A stretch of DNA of 64,000 bases, taken from NCBI GenBank assembly GCA_964016885.1, contig OZ024760.1, positions 1-64,000 of the forward strand, read 5' to 3'. The notes under the pieces were generated by a model, which worked only from the letters and a program-made list of their open reading frames with translations, did no database searches and was not told the DNA's origin. The stretch comes from Eledone cirrhosa. Taxonomy: Eukaryota. Below, piece by piece: positions 51,643 through 64,000 of this stretch (position 1 is its first letter; each line of letters opens with the position of its first letter). The position numbers were made by a program, and so were the translations under genes.

Positions 51643-51964
51643 CTCAGTAGGCTCCTCTTAATCCAATATACCCCCCGTACACCTCCCTCCCACTTCCACC
51701 CACACCACCCTTACTCTGTAAAGTTATGTTGGTACCACAAAACATCCAGCTCACACTGTAAAGTGGTTGGGTAAGTGTCATGACAAAAAGCACCCAGCAC
51801 ACTCTGTAAATGTAGTTGGCATTAAGAAGGGCATCCAGCTGTAGAAACCAGCCAGAAACAGTCCTATACGAGTGAGACATGGTCACCGAACGAAATTTGC
51901 CTCAAATGGGACAAATCTGTCTAACCCATGCTAGTGTGGAAGATTGATGTTAAACGATGATGAT
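51643..51964 (+). mobile_element. RTE LINE 3' UTR fragment
   Basis: Homologous to 8870-9341 and 330-707; (GAT)n tail. Confidence 0.7.
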
Positions 51965-52864
51965 ATATATATATATATATATATATAATAATAATACTGA
52001 AATAAAGTCATCGAATAGGACTGATATACCTTGATTGTTTTCCCACTCACTAAATGATTTAATTAAGTCAGTATTAAGATACCAACCAATAGGAAACCAG
52101 AGTGGAAAAAATGTGCTGCATTGTGTTCCAAGCTGTATCAGCCTTTGCCTTTTCCTTGGGCAACATCAGTGGTGTGGAGAGGAGCGACTGGCAGGCATGG
52201 GCAACTGCTGGTCTTACACGAAAACACCTTGTGCCTCTTAGCAAAACTTTCTTGGTGCAAACCAATAGTCAAAGCCAAAGAGAGTTTACAAAAAGGAATC
52301 TTAAAGTTAAAATATTTCACTGTGTAGTAGAAAATCACCTATAGAGTATAGATATTGTACACTCTGCAATGGTGTAAAGGAATATTTAATCTGTTGACTG
52401 CTGCATATATTTTACACAGCTACAGTTGCTGTGCCTGTTTTTTTTTCAGTAAAACAAATATCTTTTTAAACAAACATTTATTGACAACACATATCTAAAT
52501 GATTGACAAACATCACATCAAGAAACTAGTAACCCCATCTAGCTTTGATGTTATGAACTGTTGGAAAAGAGTTCAAACATGTTAGGACGAGTTATCTTGT
52601 CCATGGTACTGGAATGCTTACATGTTAGGACGAATTATCTCTATGGTACTGAAGAATTTACGGTACTGAAGAAGTTAAACAAGTCAAAGAGATGCACTAA
52701 AAGACCCCAATTATAGTCAACTATAGTAAAAAAAAAAAATTAATATAATCGACAAGCATATGTTTTAGTGAACTAGAAATCATTATGACTTTACCAAAAC
52801 CCACACATACACACATAAATAAACAAGTAATTAGTAAGAAAACCTAAGAACAATTGTTCCTTAC

Positions 52865-53827
52865 CATAGAAAGGTGTGCTGGTGGGGGAGGAGGAGTGCA
52901 ATGAATAATTTCTTGTGAAATCTGAAGATGGTAATGTTGTTATGGAAGCTCCAGATGTTTTTGGGCCCGTGTGATCATGAGATGGTGATGTTACTCTGGA
53001 ATATCCAGGTGTTGTTGGGCCTGTGTGATGACCAGATGGTGACGTTGTCTGGGAATCTCTAGGTGTTGTTGGGCCCGTGTGATGACCAGATGGTGACGTT
53101 GTCTGGGAATCTCTAGGTGTTGTTGGGCCCGTGTGATGACCAGATGGTGACGTTGTCTGGGAATCTCTAGGTGTTGTTTGGCCCGTGTGATGACCTGATG
53201 GTGACGTTGTCTGGGAATCTCTAGGTGTTGTTTGGCCCGTGTGATGACCAGATGGTGACGTTGTCTGGGAATCTCTAGGTGTTGTTTGGCCCGTGTGATG
53301 ACCAGATGGTGACGTTGTCTGGGAATCTCTAGGTGTTGTTTGGCCCGTGTGATGACCTGATGGTGACGTCTGGGAATCTCTAGGTGTTGTTTGGCCCGTG
53401 TGATGACCTGATGGTGACGTCTGGGAATCTCTAGGTGTTGTTGGGCCCGTGTGATGACCAGATGGTGACGTCTGGGAATCTCTAGGTGTTGTTGGGCCCG
53501 TGTGATGACCAGATGGTGACGCCTGGGAATCTCTAGGTGTTGTTTGGCCCGTGTGATGACCAGATGGTGACATTCGTATGGAATGTCCAGATGGTGATGT
53601 TATTCCAGATATTGGTGCATCTGTGGCAGATTTGGTATGAGATGAGGAAATGACATCTATAGTTGAATTTAGTGCAATGTGTGAGGAGATCTCAATTGGT
53701 GGAGTTGTTGCTCTGGTAAGTGGTTGGGTAGTTTTTGTGGTGGTGGTAGGTTTAGAGGTTTTAGGGGTGGTGGCGATAGGTGTGGTGGCCATAGTAGTGG
53801 TGGTTGCAGTAAATATTTCAGTTTGAA
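52865..53827 (-). CDS. Exon: mucin-like Thr/Ser/Pro-rich stalk with SPSGHHTG(Q/P)TTPRDSQT(T) repeats
   Basis: Acceptor ttttccag, donor GTAAG; 963 nt, phase 1-1; lies within ORF 52791..53852. Confidence 0.88.
52950..53571 (-). repeat. Coding VNTR of 51/54-bp units (10 near-perfect, 2 diverged)
   Basis: Unit lengths are multiples of 3 and keep the exon frame. Confidence 0.93.
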
Positions 53828-54009
53828 CTGGAAAATAAAATAAAACAGACACATGACATGAAATTAATTAATAGCTCACAAAGACACACACGTGCAAGCA
53901 CACATTCATATACATACATACACATGAATATATATATATCTTCATACACACACATATACCCATACATATACATAAATATATGTATGTCTACATTCATACA
54001 CATAAAAAC

Positions 54010-54049
<40 letters not shown>

Positions 54050-54143
54050 CCAAATGTTTATATGTTTCGTTGATTATTCAACAAATTCAATTTTACAATA
54101 GATTAGAAGCACTCAACAAGAATTTATCTGGAATATCTATAAT

Positions 54144-54348
54144 ATTCAAAATATTAATAAATGAGAATTTTTATAACCAAAATATATATTTTATTATTCA
54201 TATTTCAAGGGTCTTGAAGACCTTAGGGGTATGTCGAACAGCCAATCTCTTATGTTTTATCTGATGATGGCGTACTTAAAAACCACAGTACATTTGAAAT
54301 ATGTATAATATGTTTTGGTTATGAAAATTCTCATTTATTAATATTTTG

Positions 54349-54351
<3 letters not shown>
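54144..54351. repeat. 44-bp inverted repeat enclosing a degenerate hammerhead-like motif (PLE remnant)
   Basis: 54144-54187 pairs with 54308-54351 (2 mismatches); CTGATGA at 54261, GTACT/AGTAC stem, GAAAT at 54296. Confidence 0.55.
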
Positions 54352-54386
<35 letters not shown>

Positions 54387-55104
54387 TCATAGACACATAT
54401 ATACACATTCATGCACACAAATATATGTATATATATCTTCATATATAGACATAAATATCTGTATGTCTACACACACACGCATACATACATATACACTCAC
54501 ACATATACATAAATACATGTATATATGTCTACACACACACATATACACATACATGCACATAAATATATGTATATATGTCTACATACACACACACACACAC
54601 TTACATACACAAAATCTGTCCACACCTTGATCCCTGGGTTACCTCCTTTTTGGCGTAAACAAGTTTACGTGTGGGCGATTTCTTGAGTCAGGGGACAGAG
54701 AAAGCAACAGATATAAATAGTCTGCCCTGGATCTGGCAAAAGAGAGTTCAGAGCAGTTCCTAATAGACTAACGATGTAAAACATTTGCTTTCTACAGACA
54801 GACCTCTTGGAGTCTGTAGACTCTCATCTTCTCTTGCCACAAACTATTTTGGCATAACAAAATAACAGCAGAAACATCGTTATCTTTTATGATTTGCAGT
54901 AATCTTATTCTTTGTTCCTTTATTCACTGAAGTGAAGTAAATTTTATATTTTGTCATGTTATTTCACCTCTAACAACACTTATTAACCATTGCTTCACTT
55001 CAACCGAACGGAGCACCTCCAGTTACTATGGTGATATCCAGAGGCCTCATTTGCCTTTAAAATGTGAGGGGGACAAACCAACATTTGTTGATTCTTAAAA
55101 AAAG

Positions 55105-55300
55105 GATCAATCGACTTTCATCAAATCGGACCGAGGAAACAATGTTTTCGGCGGTCTTTCCAGTTGCTAGTACTATCTAGAAGGAGCAACGTGAAATAAA
55201 GTGTCTTGTTCAAGGACATAACGCATCGCCCGGTCCAGGAATCGAACTCACAACCTCAAGATTGTGAATCCAATTCTCTAACCACTCAGCCACACGCCTT
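55105..55300 (-). mobile_element. tRNA-derived SINE
   Basis: Minus strand GGCGTGTGGCTGAGTGGTTAGAG...GAGTTCGATTCC (A and B boxes). Confidence 0.8.
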
Positions 55301-55579
55301 CTTAAAGGAGCATAAATTGCTTATGGTGCCTTTCCCGGACCCTATCACATAAGTAAAATTTTACGCTAATTAAATTTTATATATTCAAATGAAGTTCAGA
55401 TAGGAAAAAAATAAGCTTAAAAAGAATTTATTATATGAAATAAACAAAAAATAAAACATAGACGTTTGAAAAAGTGAGTGTGGGGGGGGGAGGGGGGACT
55501 TGTCCCCTGGTACCCCCCTGAAACAAGGCCCTTGGTGAAATCTATCTGTCTTTCACACACCACACAGTCTCTCTCTCAA

Positions 55580-55661
55580 CAGTTCGTATGTGAAAAATAG
55601 TTTCAGTTGACGAACATTTCAGATGACGAATTAATTCTGTTTGTAAACCAAGGTTCCATTG
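55580..55661. mobile_element. Tigger/pogo-like terminal fragment
   Basis: Ends GTAAACCAAGGTTCCATTG followed by TA. Confidence 0.45.
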
Positions 55662-56470
55662 TATATGTGTTTATGTGTGTGTGCGTGCGTGTTTGTGTGC
55701 GTGCGTGTGCATGTGTTTGTGTGTGTGTATTCATATGTGTTTGTGCGTGTGTGTTTATGCATGTGTGTTTATGCATTTGTGCGTGTGTGTATGTTTGTGC
55801 ATGTTTTTTTTTGTGTGTGTGTATTTGTGTATGTATTTGTGTGTGTGCGTGTATGTGTTTGTGCATGTGTGTTTACACGTGTGTGTTTGTTTGTGTGTGC
55901 GTGTGTGTGTATGTGTTTGTGCATGTGTATTTACGCATGTGAGTGTGCGTGTGCGTTTGTGTGTGTTTTGTGCATGTGTTTGTGCATGTGTGTTTGTGTA
56001 TGTGTGTTTATGCATGTGTGTTTGTGTGTATGTGTGCGTATGTGTGTTTATGCATGTGTGTGTTTGTGTGTATGTGTGCGCGTGCGTATGTGTTTGTGCA
56101 TGTGTGTTTGTTTGTGTGTGTCTATGTGTTTGTGCATGTGTGTTTATGCATGTGAGTGTGCGTGTGCGTTTGTGTGTGTTTTGTGCATGTGTTTGTGCAT
56201 GTGTGTTTGTGTATGTGTGTTTATGCATGTGTGTTTGTGTGTATGTGTGCGTATGTGTGTTTATGCATGTGTGTGTTTGTGTGTATGTGTGCGCGTGCGT
56301 ATGTGTTTGTGCATGTGTGTTTGTTTGTGTGTGTCTATGTGTTTGTGCATGTGTGTTTATGCATGTGTGTTTGTTTGTGTGTGTGCGCGTGTGTATGTGT
56401 TTGTGCATGTGTGTTTGTGTGTGTACGTGTTTGTGCATGTGTATGTGTTTACACATGTGTATGTTTGTAC
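55662..56470. repeat. Compound (TG)n-rich repeat with a 213-bp internal duplication
   Basis: Blocks starting 55943 and 56156 are identical by eye. Confidence 0.93.
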
Positions 56471-56494
56471 ATACATCTTCCATGAATTACTTAC

Positions 56495-56700
56495 TATCAA
56501 AGAATATTATATCGTTAAATGTCAGAATGTCTTTTGTGTTATCTTCCTGGATGATTTCAAGAGCGATTGTGATATTCACCGGTGTTAGTTGACTACTTCC
56601 TCCTCCTCCTTGCCCAGGGACTCCGCCTGATTTATTATCTGCAGATGGCTTGAGAATTTCGACAAATATTACACGAAAGTTTATTACTACACTGCCATTT
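56495..56700 (-). CDS. Exon: C-terminal half of SEA domain (NGSVVINFRVIF...DIIFFD)
   Basis: Acceptor ctatttcag, donor GTAAGT; 206 nt, phase 2 to 1; G-S-V-V motif of the SEA autoproteolysis site. Not in the ORF track. Confidence 0.85.
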
Positions 56701-56730
56701 CTGAAATAGTTGAGAATGAGACAGAATCAG

Positions 56731-59700
56731 TTGGGTAGGTAAGGTTGGTTGGTAGGTAGGTTGGTAGGTAAGGTTGGTTGGTTGGTTGGTAGGTAGGTAG
56801 GTAGGTAAGGTTGGTTGGTTGGTTGGTAGGTAAGGTTGGTTGGTTGGTAGGTAGGTAGGTAGGTAGGTAAGGTTGGTTGGTTGGTAGGTTGGTAAGGTTG
56901 GTTGGTTGGTTGGTAGGTAGGTAGGTAAGGTTGGTTGGTAGGTAGGTTGGTAGGTAAGGTTGGTTGGTTGGTTGGTAGGTAGGTAGGTAGGTAAGGTTGG
57001 TTGGTTGGTTGGTAGGTAAGGTTGGTTGGTTGGTAGGTAGGTAGGTAGGTAGGTAAGGTTGGTTGGTTGGTAGGTTGGTAAGGTTGGTTGGTTGGTTGGT
57101 AGGTAGGTAGGTAAGGTTGGTTGGTAGGTAGGTTGGTAGGTAAGGTTGGTTGGTTGGTTGGTAGGTAGGTAGGTAGGTAAGGTTGGTTGGTTGGTTGGTA
57201 GGTAAGGTTGGTTGGTTGGTAGGTAGGTAGGTAGGTAGGTAAGGTTGGTTGGTTGGTAGGTTGGTAAGGTTGGTTGGTTGGTTGGTAGGTAGGTAGGTAA
57301 GGTTGGTTGGTTGGTAGGTTGGTAGGTAAGGTTGGTTGGTTGGTAGGTAAGGTTGGTTGGTTGGTAGGTAGGTAGGTAGGTAGGTAGGTAAGGTTGGTTG
57401 GTTGGTAGGTAGGTTGGTAGGTAAGGTTGGTTGGTTGGTTGGTAGGTAAGGTTGGTTGGTTGGTAGGTAAGGTTGGTTGGTTGGTAGGTTGGTAGGTAAG
57501 GTTGGTTGGTTGGTTGGTTGGTAGGTAAGGTTGGTTGGTTGGTTGGTAGGTAGGTAAGGTTGGTTGGTTGGTAGGTTGGTAGGTAAGGTTGGCTGGTTGG
57601 TTGGTTGGTAGGTAGGTAGGTTGGTAGGTTGGGAGGTTGGTAGGTTGGTTGGTTGGTTGGTAGGTTGGTAGGTAAGGTTGGTTGGTTGGTTGGTAGGTAG
57701 GTAGGTAGGTAAGGTTGGTTGGTTGGTTGGTAGGTAGGTTGGTAGGTAGGTAGGTAGGTAAGGTTGGTTGGTAGGTTGGTAGGTAGGTTGGTAGGTAGGT
57801 AAGGTTGGTTGGTTGGTTGGTAGGTAGGTAGGTAAGGTTGGTTGGTTGGTTGGTTGGTAGGTAGGTTGGTAGGTTGGGAGGTTGGTAGGTTGGTAGGTAG
57901 GTAAGGTTGGTTGGTTGGTTGGTAGGTAGGTAGGTAGGTAGATAGATAGGTAAGGTAGGTAGGTAGGTAGGTAAGGTTGGTTGGTTGGTAGGTTGATAGG
58001 TAGGTAGGTAAGGTTGGTTGGTTGGTAGGTTGGTAGGTAGGTAGGTAAGGTTGGTTGGTTGGTTGGTAGGTAAGGTTGGTTGGTTGGTTGGTTGGTAGGT
58101 AAGGTTGGTTGGTTGGTTGGTAGGTAAGGTTGGTTGGTTGGTTGGTTGGTAGGTAAGGTTGGTTGGTTGGTAGGTTGGTTGGTTGGTAGGTAAGGTTGGT
58201 TGGTTGGTAGGTTGGTAAGGTTGGTAGGTTGGTAGGTTGGTAGGTAGGTAAGGTTGGTTGGTTGGTAGGTTGGTAGGTAGGTAGGTAAGGTTGGTTGGTA
58301 GGTTGGTAGGTAGGTAGGTAAGGTTGGTTGGTTGGTTGGTAGGTAAGGTTGGTTGGTTGGTTGGTTGGTAGGTAAGGTTGGTTGGTTGGTAGGTTGGTTG
58401 GTTGGTAGGTAAGGTTGGTTGGTTGGTAGGTTGGTAAGGTTGGTAGGTTGGTAGGTTGGTAGGTAGGTAAGGTTGGTTGGTTGGTAGGTTGGTAGGTAGG
58501 TAGGTAAGGTTGGTTGGTAGGTTGGTAGGTAGGTAGGTAAGGTTGGTTGGTTGGTTGGTAGGTAAGGTTGGTTGGTTGGTTGGTTGGTTGGTAGTTGGTA
58601 GGTAGGTAAGGTTGGTTGGTTGGTTGGTAGGTAGGTAGGTTAGTAGGTAGGTAAGGTTGGTTGGTTGGTTGGGAGGTAGGTAGGTAGGTTGGTAGGTAGG
58701 TAAGGTTGGTTGGTTGGTTGGTAGGTTGGTAGGTAGGTAAGGTTGGTTGGTAGGTTGGTAGGTTGGTAGGTAGGTAAGGTTGGTTGGTTGGTAGGTAGGT
58801 AAGGTTGGTTGGTTGGTAGGTTGGTAAGGTTGGTAGGTTGGTAAGGTTGGTTGGTTGGTTGGTAGGTAGGTAGGTAGGTTGGTAGGTTGGTAGGTTGGTA
58901 GGTAGGTAAGGTTGGTTGGTTGGTAGGTAGGTAGGTAGGTAAGGTTGGTTGGTTGGTTGGTAGGTAGGTAGGTTAGTAGGTTGGTAGGTTGGTAGGTAGG
59001 TGAGGTTGGTTGGTTGGTTGGTTGGTAGGTAGGTAAGGTTGGTTGGTAGGTAGGTAGGTAGGTAGGTTGGTAGGTTAGTAGGTAGGTTGGTAGGTAGGTT
59101 GGTAGGTTGGTAGGTAGGTAGGTAGGTAAGGTTGGTTGGTTGGTTGGTAGGTAGGTTGGTAGGTAAGGTTGGTTGGTTGGTTGGTAGGTAGGTAGGTTAG
59201 TAGGTAGGTAAGGTTGGTTGGTTGGTTGGTAGGTTGGTAGGTAGGTAAGGTAGGTAGGTTGGTAGGTTGGTAGGTTGGTAGGTTAGTAGGTAGGTTGGTA
59301 GGTAGGTTGGTAGGTAGATTGGTAGGTAGGTAGGTAGGTAGGTAGGTAAGGTAGGTTGGTAGGTAGGTTGGTAGGTTGGTAGGTAGGTAGGTTGGTAGGT
59401 AGGTAGGTTGGTAGGTTGGTAGGTTGGTAGGTTAGTAGGTAGGTTGGTAGGTAGGTAGGTTAGTAGGTAGGTTAGTAGGTAGGTAGGTTGGTAGGTAGGT
59501 TGGTAGGTAGGTAGGTAGATAGGTAAGGTAGGTTGGTAGGTAGGTTAGTAGGTAGGTAGGTTGGTAGGTAGGTTGGTAGGTAGGTTGGTAGGTTAGTAGG
59601 TAGGTTGGTTGGTAGGTTGGTAGGTTAGTAGGTAGGTAGGTTGGTAGGTAGGTTGGTAGGTTGGTAGGTTAGTAGGTAGGTAGGTTGGTAGGTAGGTTGG

Positions 59701-60047
59701 TAGGTTGGTAGGTTAGTAGGTAGGTAGGTTGGTAGGTAGGTTGGTAGGTAGGTAGGTAGATAGGTAAGGTAGGTTGTTAGGTAGGTTAGTAGGTAGGTAG
59801 GTTGGTAGGTAGGTTGGTAGGTAGGTTGGTAGGTTAGTAGGTAGGTTGGTTGGTAGGTTGGTAGGTTAGTAGGTAGGTAGGTTGGTAGGTAGGTTGGTAG
59901 GTTGGTAGGTTAGTAGGTAGGTAGGTTGGTAGGTAGGTTGGTAGGTTGGTAGGTTAGTAGGTAGGTAGGTTGGTAGGTAGGTTGGTAGGTAGGTAGGTTG
60001 GTAGGTAGGTTGGTAGGTAGGTAGGTAGGTAGGTTGGTAGGTAGGTA
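56731..60047. repeat. Compound (GGTA)n/(GGTT)n tetranucleotide array, 3.3 kb
   Basis: Directly visible. Confidence 0.97.
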
Positions 60048-60120
60048 CAGTTGTCCCCCAGAGTTCGCAGGGGTTACGTTCCTAGAGCCAATCGCGAAGA
60101 GGGAAAAGCCACAAAGCTAC
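60048..60120. mobile_element. Tigger-like terminal fragment
   Basis: TA-CAGTTGTCCCCCAGAGTTCGCAGGGGTTACGTTCC resembles Tigger TIRs. Confidence 0.5.
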
Positions 60121-60587
60121 GGGACATAAACAAATGACTAGTTATTTTAAGTGATGTCAACATGAAAAAACACACATACACATAGGAAGTACACCAAATC
60201 CACTGCTCCTAAGGTTGGTAGGTAGGTAGGTTGTTCTGGCTCTCCACACACATATACACACACTCATACACACACACACACCCTCTCTCACACAAACACA
60301 CACACACAAGCACATGCACACATGCTCCCTCACACATACTCACTCCCATACACATATACACACACATACTCACTCCCACACACATACACACTCTCACACA
60401 CATATGCACACACACACAACAAACACACACAAACACACACAATACACACACACACTCGATAGAAAGGGCGGTGGATTGGCCTTTCATCCTTACGGGGTCG
60501 ATAAAATAAAGTACCAGTAATACACTGAGATAATTGCTGGCCTTGTGCCAAAAGTAGAAACAATTATTTATTTTGAGAACAATATTT

Positions 60588-61568
60588 TGTGATGGTGGTG
60601 CTGTTGTGGTGGTGGTGATGGTGTAGTTGTGATGGTGGTGGTGTTGTGGTGGTGGTGATGGTGTAGTTGTGATGGTGGTGGTGTTGTGGTGGTGGTGATG
60701 GTGTAGTTGTGATGGTGGTGGTGTTGTGGTGGTGGTGATGGTGTAGTTGTGATGGTGGTGGTGTTGTGGTGGTGGTGATGGTGTAGTTGTGATGGTGGTG
60801 GTGGTGATGGTGTAGTTGTGATGGTGGTGGTGTTGTGGTGGTGGTGATGGTGTAGTTGTGATGGTGGTGGTGTTGTGGTGGTGGTGATGGTGTAGTTGTG
60901 ATGGTGGTGGTGGTGATGGTGTAGTTGTGATGGTGGTGGTGTTGTGGTGGTGGTGATGGTGTAGTTGTGATGGTGGTGGTGTTGTGGTGGTGGTGATGGT
61001 GTAGTTGTGATGGTGGTGGTGGTGATGGTGTAGTTGTGATGGTGGTGGTGTTGTGGTGGTGGTGATGGTGTAGTTGTGATGGTGGTGGTGTTGTGGTGGT
61101 GGTGATGGTGTAGTTGTGATGGTGGTGGTGTTGTGGTGGTGGTGATGGTGTAGTTGTGATGGTGGTGGTGTTGTGGTGGTGGTGATGGTGTAGTTGTGAT
61201 GGTGGTGGTGTTGTGGTGGTGGTGATGGTGTAGTTGTGATGGTGGTGGTGGTGATGGTGTAGTTGTGATGGTGGTGGTGTTGTGGTGGTGGTGATGGTGT
61301 AGTTGTGATGGTGGTGGTGTTGTGGTGGTGGTGATGGTGTAGTTGTGATGGTGGTGGTGGTGATGGTGTAGTTGTGATGGTGGTGGTGTTGTGGTGGTGG
61401 TGATGGTGTAGTTGTGATGGTGGTGGTGTTGTGGTGGTGGTGATGGTGTAGTTGTGACGGTGGTGGTGTTGTGGTGGTGGTGATGGTGTAGTTGTGATGG
61501 TGGTGGTGGTGATGGTGTAGTTGTGATGGTGGTGGTGTTGTGGTGGTGGTGATGGTGTAGTTGTGATG
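60588..61568. repeat. GGT-rich minisatellite, 40-bp unit with 28-bp variants
   Basis: GTGTAGTTGT at 60621, 60661, 60701, 60741 and 60781. Confidence 0.95.
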
Positions 61569-61743
61569 TACTTCCCTGACATTTGTGTATTATTCTATGT
61601 ACTATATTGACGAGTTGTGGTGCACCTGAGCACTTTACACAATAATTTCATTATTATTATTATTATTATTATAAGTGGTACAACCATAAGCTAGAGAAAG
61701 TGATTCACAACACAGACAGACAAGGTATTAGAACACAATAATC

Positions 61744-62100
61744 GATGCTGTGACATGTTCTTCACTTCCAACTTAGTCGCTTTGGCTCCAAACCCTGGTA
61801 CCATGGGCTACAGTGCAGAGGACAGGAAGCCAAGCAAGTAACGGGGCTTGTCCAGCTGCTTTCTCTTTGCATCAGTCGCCGTCAAGACTTCAGGCATCCT
61901 TGGACCCCATACAGCTGAGCTCTTCCATAAAATTAGAATGTCAGTAGCGGGCTGCAGTCAAAACACCACTCCGACCTTTGTGTAGAATTTGTCACCATCT
62001 CCCCTTCCCCCTTTCTTTCTTCTATTGCCTAATAGTCCTTGCTCTTTCCTTCCTTTTCCTCTCATTTATGGAATTTATAGTCCTTCCCTTTACTTTCCTT
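61744..62100 (+). mobile_element. Decayed CRE-like retrotransposon RLE endonuclease fragment and 3' tail
   Basis: PGTMGYSAEDRKPSK*RGLSSCFLFASVAVKTSGILGPHTAELFHKIR matches the AE..K..KY..L...F.F.P.A.ET.G..G RLE pattern. Confidence 0.68.
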
Positions 62101-62890
62101 TACAACCAGATTTCCCCTTCTTTACTTTTTCCCTTTTTTTTTCCTTTTGATTTTTTCACTTCTTAAATTTGCTTTTATCCTTTTTTAATATATTCATCAT
62201 TGTAGAAATTCAATAATTTTTGTATGCTTGACTAAAAGGTGAAAGATGAAAAAAAAAAAATATTCCACACATAACTAGGGTGAATGATAACTAGAGTAGT
62301 GACTATATAATAGACCCCTCATAGCCATTTGACTTAAGAGTGAAATAAAAAGGAGAGGAAAAAGGGAAAAAGTGCTATTCATTAAAGTATGAGCTTTCAT
62401 GGTTGCGCAAATTGAAAAATGTTAAAGTCATACCCAGACCTGTCAAATTTTTCCATCTGACGGGGTGATCTCCCACCCACTTTGGGGTGGGTGAGAGATG
62501 TTGTCTCTTGTGAAAATGGGTATAGCTTTTATTTATGTAAAATCTCTCCATTTTGCTTCATTTCTCCCCGTTTTGGGGCACTTATTTTCATGGTACTCTG
62601 CGGTTGGGTTTTTAGAGGTTGGCAGGTCTGAATACACAAACACACACATATATATGTATGTATATATAAGAACCCTAGAGCAAATATTTATTAAAATAAA
62701 GATCCCGTTAAGGGTGAAAGCAGCAATTCTTTGCTTAAACTTTAATATGTATATATATATATATATATACACACACAGACCTGTCAACTCTCCCCATCTG
62801 ATGGGGAAATTTCTCACCCACTTTAGGGTGGGTGAGAGATGTCTTCTCTTGTGAAAATGGGTATAGCTTTCATTATGTAAAATCTCCCCA

Positions 62891-63063
62891 AGGGCAGTAT
62901 CGGTAGAGGGTTGGATGCCATGCTTTCTAGCATAGTTACGTCCCTTTACGTTCTGAGTTCAAATCCCGCCGAGGTTAACTTTGCCTTTCATCCTTACGGG
63001 GTCGATAAAATAAAGTACCAGTAGTACTGGGTAATTGCTGGCCTTGTGCCAAAAGTAGAAACA
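62891..63063 (+). mobile_element. MetaSINE-like SINE with a 19-bp target-site duplication
   Basis: ATTATGTAAAATCTCCCCA at 62872-62890 and 63064-63082; B-box GAGTTCAAATCC. Confidence 0.88.
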
Positions 63064-63163
63064 ATTATGTAAAATCTCCCCATTTTGCCTCATTTCTCCT
63101 TGTTTTAGGGCACCTTTTTCCATGGTAGTCCCCGTTTAGGTTTTTAGAGGTTGGTAGGTCTGC

Positions 63164-63430
63164 ATACCAGTCGTGATAGGTATCCTGGGAACAGTAACTC
63201 ATAAATTTGATGATTGGATAAAGGAAATGGAAACTGACTGTGGACCTACAACATCACTCCAGAAAGCTTGCCTTTTGGGAACAGCATGACTCATTAGGAA
63301 AATTATGGACAATTGATGGAGACAAATTTAGTGATACCTAAGGCCGTGGTTGTGGTTTTCTATCACATAATGTCTGGGTATCTGGATTTTCAACTCCTTA
63401 TCTAAGAAAACAGTTCAATAATAATAATAG
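63164..63430 (+). mobile_element. R4/Dong-clade non-LTR retrotransposon 3' fragment
   Basis: IPVVIGILGTV...LQKACLLGTA*LIRKIM matches the R4/Dong RLE C-terminus; ends in (TAA)n. Confidence 0.75.
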
Positions 63431-64000
63431 TGATAGTAATAGTGATAATGACTGTGGTAGTGCAGTGATTAATAAAACCATGCAGAATAACTGACCTGTT
63501 ATGGCTGATGGAAAAATTATGTAAGAGAGAAATATAATTTTTAAAATTTGTCCAAAAAAAAAAAGAATTATTCATTTGAACATAATTTTTTTTTACATCT
63601 TCCAATATATTTATTTTAGTTACTTATTTATTCAGCAGAAAATGGAGCCAACTCTGTACCCTGGATTTCATGAAACTTGAGACTAAATCTTGCAGCATGT
63701 AGCTTTGATCAAAGTCTTATTTATTGATTGATAACAACCAAGGCAATAAATAAGGTATGTCTTCTGATTCCTTCTCCTACTCATCATCATCATTGTCATT
63801 GTCACTCCATCCATCTCTTTTTCATGGTCAGGTTGACACATTCTGTGATTTGAGAGGTTGGATAACCACAGCCTGCTCATACATTCCAGTTTGGCATGGT
63901 TTCTAAGGCTGGATGCCTTTTCCTAATGCCAACCACTTTACAGTGTACACTGTGTGCATTTTATGGCACCAGCACTACCACTTTACAGAATAGAATGAGT

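Noticed and set aside
54617-54976. Possible solo LTR (TG start, TATAAATA, TAACA end)
   Set aside because: No matching target-site duplication and no second copy in the window.
56731-60047. Telomeric repeat
   Set aside because: Units are GGTA/GGTT mixtures rather than (TTAGGG)n, and the array is internal to an intron.
60209-61582. 457-aa His/Thr/Pro ORF as another mucin exon
   Set aside because: The 40-bp unit cycles through all three frames, and the ORF runs on into a SINE and a (CA)n tract; it is open only because the repeat lacks stops.
56704-64000. Upstream exon with the N-terminal half of the SEA domain
   Set aside because: I found no convincing phase-2 exon by eye; it is probably beyond the window.

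Overview
Eukaryotic, repeat-dense animal DNA, probably a coleoid cephalopod (inferred from the SINE/LINE families and (TA)n load). One spliced gene spans the window on the minus strand. I reconstructed 13 GT-AG exons with consistent phases from 56700 down to 1109 (3044 nt, about 1014 codons, both ends outside the window). They encode the C-terminal half of a SEA domain (NGSVVINF), a mucin-like stalk with a His-pair VNTR, a 33-nt micro-exon, one LDL-receptor class A module and at least four MAM domains. The introns hold a 24.4-kb 41/42-bp satellite with nested higher-order repeats; its unit and both flanks align with the endonuclease region of a CRE-like retrotransposon. They also hold a Penelope-like (Naiad-type) element with a 0.9-kb inverted repeat carrying long-stem-II hammerhead ribozymes, a 502-bp tandem pair of hammerheads in (TA)n (retrozyme-like), and RTE, R4/Dong, mariner, piggyBac-like and Tigger-like fragments, SINEs and further mini/microsatellites. 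Most ORF-track entries are repeat artefacts. All alignments and folds were done by eye; repeat boundaries are approximate.
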